The position numbers were made by a program, and so were the translations under genes. Positions 57,296 to 64,000 of a stretch of 64,000 nt of DNA are shown here, piece by piece (the first letter of the stretch is position 1; each line of letters begins with the position of its first letter). Below the pieces are notes generated by a model. That model did not search any database and was not told the DNA's origin. It saw only the letters and a list, made by a program, of their open reading frames with translations. Origin of the DNA: Longimicrobiales bacterium (lineage in GTDB: Bacteria; Gemmatimonadota; Gemmatimonadetes; Longimicrobiales; Gaopeijiaceae); NCBI GenBank assembly GCA_041690395.1, contig JAWLHJ010000002.1:436651-500650 (forward strand), given 5' to 3'.

Positions 57296-58918
57296 CTAGG
57301 GCCGCTCCCCCATGAGCGCCTCGACCTCGTCGGACGAGCTCGGCGCGCCGGCCGACAGGTTCACGGGACCGTCCTCGGTGACCAGGATGTCGTCCTCGAT
57401 CCGGACGCCGATGTTCCACCACTTCGGATCGATGTCGTCCGCCGCCGGAATGTAGAGACCCGGCTCGACGGTGATGACCGTGCCGGGCTCGAGCGGACCT
57501 CCTCCGCCGACGTCGTGCACGTCGAGGCCCAGATAGTGGCTGGTCGCATGCATGAAGAAGCGGCGGAGCCCGTTCAGGTCCGTCTCGTCGCGGATCAGGC
57601 CGAGTTCGGCCATGCCTTCGGCCATGACGGCCTCGGCTGCGCGGTGGGGCGCGAGGTACGAAGCGCCCGCGCGGGTGGCGCGGATGCCGGCCTCCTGGGC
57701 ACGGTGCACCACGTCGTAGACGGCCCGCTGCTCGTCGGTGAACGTCCCCGAGACCGGCACCGTGCGGGTGACGTCCGCGGCGTATCCGTGGTACTCGGCT
57801 CCGACGTCGATGACCACCAGGTCTCCGGACTCGGTCCTCCGACGGTTCGTCTCGTAGTGGAGGATGACCGAGTTCTCGCCGCTCCCCACGATGCTCGGGA
57901 ACGCAGGGTACTCGGCGCCCGACGCCTTGAAAGTGTGCTCGACGAGGGCTTCGATCTCGTACTCGTGCCAGCCGGGCTCGACCGAGCGCATGACCTCCCG
58001 GTGCGCCTCCACCGTCATGTCGATGGCCTTCTGCATGATCGCGAGCTCATCGGCCGTCTTGTGGGTCCGGAGCTCGTCGAGAAGCGCGCGCAGCGTCGTT
58101 CCGTCGGGATGGCCGCTGGTGAGCTCGGCATGTGTCCGGGTCCAGTCGTCGTACTCACGAGCGCCCACGAACGCCTCCGCGAGTTGCCGGGCCGTCGGGT
58201 CGGACGCCTCGTCGGGATCGAACCCCCGGTCCACGAGGGCCCGAAGCCGAGCGAAGAGCTCGGGAGACGGGGACGACAACACTCCGTGCAACATGAAGCC
58301 CGTGAGTCCACCCTCCTCGATGCTGATCGGCTGCGCGTGGCGTCTGAACAGCTCGAGCTGCCCTTCGAGCTCCGAGCCGGCGGGTACGCCGTCCGGGAGC
58401 GGCAGGTGGAACGTCTTGTGCGACCCCGACGTCAGCCACGGCTCGACCAGCTCTTCGAAGCGGGTCGCGTCGACCGCCAGCTCCACGCCGAGCTGCTCCA
58501 TGGCGCGCTCGACTCCGAAGCGGCGGCCTAGCCACACCTCTTCCGACGGGTTCCGGGGCGGCACGAAGAGGACCTCGCGGACCGTCCGGCCGTCCACCGT
58601 GACCCCGCCGGGGGCGAGCACGAGGGCGGATCCCGGCTCCGGGCTTCCGGTCAGGTACAGGAAGTCGCTGTCCTGCCGGTACTCGAAGCTCACGTCGTTC
58701 GACCGGTTCCGGGTCGGAGCCCCGAACAGGATCGCGAGCGCGTCGTCGGGCAGCCGCGACATCAGCGCCTCTCGCCGCCCCTCGTGGAACGAGGCCGGCA
58801 GGTGGTCGACGTCATAGCGGACCGGCGCGTCGTGGGACTGAGCTGCGAGCGGCGTCGTCACGAGTGGGAACGCCGCGGCGCCGAGGGCGACCAGGAGTGC
58901 GGGAACGAAGGGTTTCAT
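57296..58918 (-). CDS. pepP: Xaa-Pro aminopeptidase (M24B) with Sec signal
   Basis: YRQDSDFLYLTG, ILHY, DVGAEY.GYAADVTRT, HATSHYLGLDVHD, TVEPGLY, GVRIEDD; signal MKPFVPALL...LAA-Q. Confidence 0.88.
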   Translation of the reverse strand: MKPFVPALLVALGAAAFPLVTTPLAAQSHDAPVRYDVDHLPASFHEGRREALMSRLPDDALAILFGAPTRNRSNDVSFEYRQDSDFLYLTGSPEPGSALVLAPGGVTVDGRTVREVLFVPPRNPSEEVWLGRRFGVERAMEQLGVELAVDATRFEELVEPWLTSGSHKTFHLPLPDGVPAGSELEGQLELFRRHAQPISIEEGGLTGFMLHGVLSSPSPELFARLRALVDRGFDPDEASDPTARQLAEAFVGAREYDDWTRTHAELTSGHPDGTTLRALLDELRTHKTADELAIMQKAIDMTVEAHREVMRSVEPGWHEYEIEALVEHTFKASGAEYPAFPSIVGSGENSVILHYETNRRRTESGDLVVIDVGAEYHGYAADVTRTVPVSGTFTDEQRAVYDVVHRAQEAGIRATRAGASYLAPHRAAEAVMAEGMAELGLIRDETDLNGLRRFFMHATSHYLGLDVHDVGGGGPLEPGTVITVEPGLYIPAADDIDPKWWNIGVRIEDDILVTEDGPVNLSAGAPSSSDEVEALMGERP

Positions 58919-59038
58919 GCGGATCCGGTCCGGGGTCTGGATGGAATCGATGTCGATCCTACAGTCGGCCGCCCCTTTCGATCCAGCCCGCCCCGGCCCA
59001 GATTGCGCCATTCCTACCAGTCACACCCAGGAGGACCC

Positions 59039-60175
59039 ATGGATCGTCGTGGATTCGTCACCGCCGGCATGGCGGCCGGTATCGCGGGCCTTACCGGTGC
59101 CGGCGGCACCGTTCATTCGCTCTTCAGCAGGGTGCCCGGCTGGGCGACCGGAAAGACGCTCCAGGACGGGACCATCCGCCTCAGCTCGAACGAGAATGCG
59201 ATCGGCCTGTCTCCCGCGGCGCGCCAAGCGGTCGTGGACTCGCTGGATATCGCCAACCGCTATCCCGGGTCCCACCGCGGGGAGCTGATGGATCGGCTCG
59301 CGGCCTACGCCGGCGTACGGACGGAGAACCTCGTGCTGAGCAACGGCTCGACGGAGCTTCTCCAGGTCGCGGCGCAGGCGTACCGGGGGCCGAACAAGCC
59401 GCTGGTGCTGGCCGAGCCGACCTTCGAGGACATCGGAGACTATCAGCAGACCGAGTCCTACCAGGTGATCGCGATTCCGCTCACGTCGAAGCACGAGCAC
59501 GACGTCGCGCGCATGCGCGAGGAAGCGTCGGGACGCCCTTCGGTCGTGTACTTCTGCAACCCGAACAACCCGACGGGGACGATCACGAACACGGCCGCCA
59601 TCGACGAGTGGATCGCCGAGGCGCCCGAGACGACGACGTTCATCATGGACGAGGCGTACTTCGAGTACGTGTCCGACCCGCGCTTCGAATCGGCCGCGAA
59701 GTGGGTCGACCAGAAGCCCAACGTCGTGGTCGTCAGGACGTTCTCGAAAATCTTCGCCATGGCCGGGATGCGCCTCGGCTACAGCATCTCCCACCCGGAC
59801 ACGGCGGCCTACCTGCGGCAGTTCGTGGCGCAGAACAGCCCGAACGAGCTGGCCGCCGCGGCCGGGCTCGCGTCGCTCAAGGACTCCGGACTCATCGAGC
59901 GGAGCGTCGCCGTGAACGACGAGTCCAAGGCCATCGTGCACCAGACGCTCGACGAGCTGGGGCTCGACCACCTCCCGACGGAAGCCAACTTCCTGATGCA
60001 CCGGATCAACGGTGACCTGACCGAATACCAGCAGCGCATGCGTGAGGCCGGTCTGCTGGTCGGGCGCCACTTTCCACCGATGCTCGATTGGAACCGTCTC
60101 TCGTTCGGCCTCCCGAACGAGATGGACCGGTGGGCCTCGACGCTCAAGGACTTCCGCCGCAAAGGCTGGATCTGA
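59039..60175 (+). CDS. HisC-like fold-type I PLP aminotransferase with Tat signal
   Basis: MDRRGFV Tat motif; [38 protein letters not shown]. Confidence 0.88.
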   Translation: MDRRGFVTAGMAAGIAGLTGAGGTVHSLFSRVPGWATGKTLQDGTIRLSSNENAIGLSPAARQAVVDSLDIANRYPGSHRGELMDRLAAYAGVRTENLVLSNGSTELLQVAAQAYRGPNKPLVLAEPTFEDIGDYQQTESYQVIAIPLTSKHEHDVARMREEASGRPSVVYFCNPNNPTGTITNTAAIDEWIAEAPETTTFIMDEAYFEYVSDPRFESAAKWVDQKPNVVVVRTFSKIFAMAGMRLGYSISHPDTAAYLRQFVAQNSPNELAAAAGLASLKDSGLIERSVAVNDESKAIVHQTLDELGLDHLPTEANFLMHRINGDLTEYQQRMREAGLLVGRHFPPMLDWNRLSFGLPNEMDRWASTLKDFRRKGWI

Positions 60176-60251
60176 GGGATGGCGGCCGGGGCGCTCGCTC
60201 CGGCCGCCACACCCGGGCTCGCTCACGCACGAAGAAGGAGACGCACTCATC

Positions 60252-61304
60252 GTGATCGACAGAATCCGAGAGATCCTGGGAGCGGAGGACGCTGCGCTTC
60301 TCGACCACGAGTGCGGGACGATCCCGCGGGAGCGGCTGCATCTGCCGGGCCCGGACGTCATCGACCGGGTCTGGCTCCCCTCCGACCGCCCGGTGCGCGT
60401 GCTGCGCAGCTTCCAGCAGCTTCTGGGGGCGGGACGCCTCGGCGGGACCGGGTACGTTTCGATCCTCCCGGTGGACCAGGGCATCGAGCACAGCGCCGGA
60501 GCGTCGTTCGCTCCGAACCCCGACTACTTCGACCCCGAGAGCATCGTCGAGCTCGCGATCGAGGGTGGCTGCAACGGGGTGGCCTCGACTCTGGGCGTCC
60601 TCGGCATGACGGCGCGCAAGTACGCGCACCGCATTCCCTTCATTCTGAAGCTCAACCACAACGAGCTGCTGACCCATCCGAACAAGTACGACCAGGTGAT
60701 GTTCGCGGACGTGCGGCAGGCGTTCGACATGGGCGCGGTCGGTGTGGGCGCGACCATCTACTGGGGATCCGAGGAGTCCACGCGGCAGCTCCAGGAGGTA
60801 TCCGAAGCCTTCCACGTGGCGCACGAGCTCGGGATGATCACCATCCTCTGGTGCTACCTGCGCAACTCGGCCTTCAAGAAGGACGGCGTCGACTACCACG
60901 CGGCCGGCGATCTGACGGGCCAGGCCAACCACCTCGGCGTCACCCTCCAGGCCGACATCATCAAGCAGAAGCTGCCCGAGGGGAACGGCGGATACCGGGC
61001 GCTCAAGTTCGGGAAGACCGACGACCGTGTGTACTCGGAGCTCAGCTCGGACCATCCGATCGACCTGGCGCGCTATCAGGTGGCCAACGGCTACATGGGC
61101 CGCGTCGGACTCATCAACTCGGGCGGGGCGTCGGGCGAGAGCGACCTGCAGCAGGCCGTCCGGACCGCGGTGATCAACAAGCGCGCCGGCGGGATGGGCC
61201 TGATCTCGGGACGGAAGGCGTTCCAGAAGCCACGAAAGGACGGCGTCGAGCTCCTGAACGCGATCCAGGACGTGTACCTGTGCGAGGAAGTCACCGTCGC
61301 CTGA
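60252..61304 (+). CDS. fbaB: Class I fructose-bisphosphate aldolase
   Basis: [52 protein letters not shown] start after GAAGGAG. Confidence 0.95.
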   Translation: MIDRIREILGAEDAALLDHECGTIPRERLHLPGPDVIDRVWLPSDRPVRVLRSFQQLLGAGRLGGTGYVSILPVDQGIEHSAGASFAPNPDYFDPESIVELAIEGGCNGVASTLGVLGMTARKYAHRIPFILKLNHNELLTHPNKYDQVMFADVRQAFDMGAVGVGATIYWGSEESTRQLQEVSEAFHVAHELGMITILWCYLRNSAFKKDGVDYHAAGDLTGQANHLGVTLQADIIKQKLPEGNGGYRALKFGKTDDRVYSELSSDHPIDLARYQVANGYMGRVGLINSGGASGESDLQQAVRTAVINKRAGGMGLISGRKAFQKPRKDGVELLNAIQDVYLCEEVTVA

Positions 61305-61352
61305 GCACGGCCTGACGACCTTTAGCGACGCGCAGGACGATACGCAGCCGTA

Positions 61353-61934
61353 TCAGTTCGGCGGACACACCCTGGAGCTCGTCCCCTCGAAGTCGGGCAT
61401 CGGACGCGCCCGCGCCTCCTCCACCGATTCGGCCGGCCCGTTGCGCTCGATGTCGTCGATGAGCCAGGTCATCTCCGCGATCTCCCGTCGCTGCGCCTCG
61501 CTGATGGCCACCTGAAGCTCGCAGACGCGCACGTCCCGGGTCTCCGAGCGCTCGCTGGTGAGAATGGCGATGGAATGGTGGGGGATCATGGCCTTCAGGA
61601 AGGAGCGATCCTGCACCGTGGTCTGGCTCCGGACCAGGTAGAGACCCAGCGCCCCCGAGAACAGGCTGATCAGCACCACGGCCAGGTTGAGCTTCCTGCT
61701 CCTGTAGTGACCCAGCATGAAGCCGAGCATGATGAGGCCCATCGATCCGCCCATGACGAGCGTCATGAAGACCCGCGTCTCGCTCCAACGCACGTGGGCC
61801 AGCTCCATGGAATTCGTGTACGTCAGGGCGTACATGGCGACCATCGCCGTGGCGATCATCGCGAAGAATCGAAGGTAGGGTCCGCCGTCGCTCTCTTTGT
61901 GGCTGTCGTCTGAATCGTGATCCGTATCGTCCAT
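61353..61934 (-). CDS. Membrane-anchored DUF305 (CopM-like) protein
   Basis: Met-rich TM N-terminus; FLKAMIPHHSIAI and QRREIAEM; follows the Cu ATPase. Confidence 0.85.
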   Translation of the reverse strand: MDDTDHDSDDSHKESDGGPYLRFFAMIATAMVAMYALTYTNSMELAHVRWSETRVFMTLVMGGSMGLIMLGFMLGHYRSRKLNLAVVLISLFSGALGLYLVRSQTTVQDRSFLKAMIPHHSIAILTSERSETRDVRVCELQVAISEAQRREIAEMTWLIDDIERNGPAESVEEARARPMPDFEGTSSRVCPPN

Positions 61935-61936
61935 GG

Positions 61937-64000
61937 CTAGAGCTCCGTCCGTTTGAGGAGTTGCGCGTTGATCGCCACGATGACCGTGCTGGCCGACATC
62001 AGCACCGCGCCGACGGCCGGGGTGAGGAGAATACCCCACGAGTAGAGAGCACCCGCGGCGAGGGGAAGCGCGAGGACGTTGTAGCCGGCCGCCCACCAGA
62101 GGTTCTGGATCATCTTCCGGTAGGTGGCCCTCGAGAGGGTCACGATCCGGGGGATGTCCCGCGGGTCGGAGCGCACGAGCACGATGTGGCCGGCCTCCAC
62201 GGCCACGTCCGTCCCTGCCCCGATGGCGATGCCGATGTCCGCCGTGGCGAGCGCCGGAGCATCGTTCACTCCGTCACCGACCATCGCGACCTTCTTCCCC
62301 TGGGCCTGCAGCTCCTCGATCCTGGACGCTTTGTCCTCGGGGAGCACCTCTGCGAACACCGTGTCGATCCCGAGCTCCTCGGCGACGGCATGCGCCACGG
62401 CCTTCGCGTCGCCCGTCAGCATGGCGACCTCGATTCCTCTTTCGTGGAGGGCGTGGATGGCTTCCCGGCTCTCTTCGCGGATCGCGTCGGCCACCGCGAA
62501 GACCGCGAGCGCTTCGCCGGACCGGAGGAGATAGATCGCGGCCTGCCCGCGGTCCGCCGCGGCGTCCGCCGCCTCCCGGAGCCCGTCGGGGATCCGCGCG
62601 TCCTCGGCCTCGAGGAGCGCCGGCCCTCCCATGTGGTACTCGTCTCCGTCGACGCTGGCGGCCACGCCCTTCCCGGTGATCGACCGAAAATCGCTCGAGC
62701 CCGGGATCGACAGATCGCGCTCCTCTGCCGTTTTCACGATTCCCCGGGCGATGGGGTGCTCGGACTCCGACTCCACCCCGGCGGCGATCCGGAGCGCTTC
62801 GTCCTCGGAGGTCCCCTCGGCGACGGCCATCTCGACGACCCGGAACTCACCGAGCGTGAGAGTCCCGGTCTTGTCGAAGACGACGGTGTCGAGACCCCGA
62901 GCCTCTTCCAGGCCGCGACGGTCCCTGACCAGCAAGCCACTCTGGGCTCCCAACGTCGTCGAGATCGCGACGACGAGCGGTACCGCCAGTCCCAGGGCGT
63001 GGGGACACGCGATCACGAGCACTGTCACCACGCGGACGATCGAGAAGTCGATGGGTGCGCCGACGAGCTGCCACGCGGCGAACGTCACGATCGCGGCACC
63101 GATGGCCACGGCCGTCAGCATACGCGCCGCGCGGTCGGCCAGGTTCTGGGCCCGCGACTTCGACTTCTGCGCGTCCGCGACCAAACGCATGATTCCGGAG
63201 AGCTTCGTATCCGCACCCGTGCCCGTGACTTCGACCCGGAGGGAACCCTCACCGTTGATCGTACCGGCGATCACCTCGTCCCCCTCCCCCTTCTTCACGG
63301 GTCGGGACTCGCCGGTGATCATGGACTCGTTCAGCTCGCTCCGGCCCTTACGCACCTCGCCGTCGACGGGCACGCTCTCCCCGGGGCGCACCAGAACCAT
63401 GTCGCCACGCTGGAGCTCATCGACGGGTACGTCCTCCTCACCGTCGTCCGTGATGCGCGTCGCGGTATCGGGCAGGAGCTTGGCCAGCTCTTCCATGGCC
63501 CCCTGGGCCCGGGCGATGGAGCGCATCTCGATCCAGTGACCGAGAAGCATGATGGTGACCAGCGTGGCCAGCTCCCACCAGAGCGCGGAAGCGTCCAGCA
63601 CCCCGACCTGGACCACCCAGGAGAAGGAGAACGCCACCAGGATCGCCAGCGAGATGAGGGTCATCATCCCGGGCAATCGATCTTTCAACTCGTGGAGCGC
63701 GCCCCGCAGAAAGACGAGCCCGCCATAGAGGAACACGACCGTGCCCAGCACCGGCGGAATCCAGGTCGAGCCGGGAAAATCCGGCGCCTGGTAGCCCAGC
63801 AGCCCCTCGACGTGCTCGGACCAGAAGACGACCGGCAAGGTGAGGGCCAGCGAGAGCCAGAACTTGTCGCGGAACATGCCCGGGCTGTGGCCCGCGTGCT
63901 TGTCGTGGCCGTCGTGGCCGTCGTGGCCGTCGTGGCCGTCGTGGCCGTCGTGGCCGTCGTGGCCGTCGTGGCCGTCGTGGCCGTCGTGGCCGTCGTGGCC
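61937..64000 (-). CDS. copB: Copper-translocating P1B-3 ATPase (5' end outside the window)
   Basis: CPHALGL, DKTGT, SEHP, TGES, GDGVNDAP, YN and MSAST motifs. The frame stays open to the window edge through (GHD)11-KHAGH. Confidence 0.92.
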   Translation of the reverse strand, partial: GHDGHDGHDGHDGHDGHDGHDGHDGHDGHDGHDKHAGHSPGMFRDKFWLSLALTLPVVFWSEHVEGLLGYQAPDFPGSTWIPPVLGTVVFLYGGLVFLRGALHELKDRLPGMMTLISLAILVAFSFSWVVQVGVLDASALWWELATLVTIMLLGHWIEMRSIARAQGAMEELAKLLPDTATRITDDGEEDVPVDELQRGDMVLVRPGESVPVDGEVRKGRSELNESMITGESRPVKKGEGDEVIAGTINGEGSLRVEVTGTGADTKLSGIMRLVADAQKSKSRAQNLADRAARMLTAVAIGAAIVTFAAWQLVGAPIDFSIVRVVTVLVIACPHALGLAVPLVVAISTTLGAQSGLLVRDRRGLEEARGLDTVVFDKTGTLTLGEFRVVEMAVAEGTSEDEALRIAAGVESESEHPIARGIVKTAEERDLSIPGSSDFRSITGKGVAASVDGDEYHMGGPALLEAEDARIPDGLREAADAAADRGQAAIYLLRSGEALAVFAVADAIREESREAIHALHERGIEVAMLTGDAKAVAHAVAEELGIDTVFAEVLPEDKASRIEELQAQGKKVAMVGDGVNDAPALATADIGIAIGAGTDVAVEAGHIVLVRSDPRDIPRIVTLSRATYRKMIQNLWWAAGYNVLALPLAAGALYSWGILLTPAVGAVLMSASTVIVAINAQLLKRTEL
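63902..64000 (-). repeat. Perfect 9-bp tandem repeat (GGCCACGAC), at least 11 copies, encoding (Gly-His-Asp)n
   Basis: 11 exact copies of GTCGTGGCC on the plus strand, running off the window end, in frame with the ATPase. Confidence 0.97.

Noticed and set aside
63902..64000. Possible CRISPR array or telomere-like repeat
   Set aside because: 9-bp units without spacers, in frame within a CDS, and no cas genes.

Overview
High-GC (roughly 70%, estimated by eye), gene-dense bacterial chromosomal window with about 55 supportable CDSs. I see no rRNA, tRNA, CRISPR, integrase or transposase. Gene content suggests Gemmatimonadota (inference only). Recognisable core genes: greA, nadB, tyrS, a menF-menD-menB-menA-menE operon (menH-like gene displaced about 14 kb away, menC absent), fbaB, an exported pepP-like gene and a CopB-type P1B ATPase cut by the right edge inside a perfect (GHD)n repeat. 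Best candidate for an undescribed system: two tandem paralogous three-gene operons (11375-17178 and 18432-24161). Each encodes a secreted di-heme c DUF1592/PSD protein, a Tat-exported Cys/His-rich DUF1552 protein and a secreted ankyrin protein ending in CxxC-stop. Other leads: an alpha-oxoamine synthase coupled to an ADC-fold protein that lacks the Schiff-base lysine; a secreted cyanophycinase with a two-subunit Na+/solute symporter; a Tat-exported HisC-like aminotransferase; a BY-kinase-like/TM/SPOR fusion; an FmdB-family gene that appears to start at ATA; a start-less or frameshifted menH; and a possible greA leader attenuator. All family calls come from motif recognition, not database searches.
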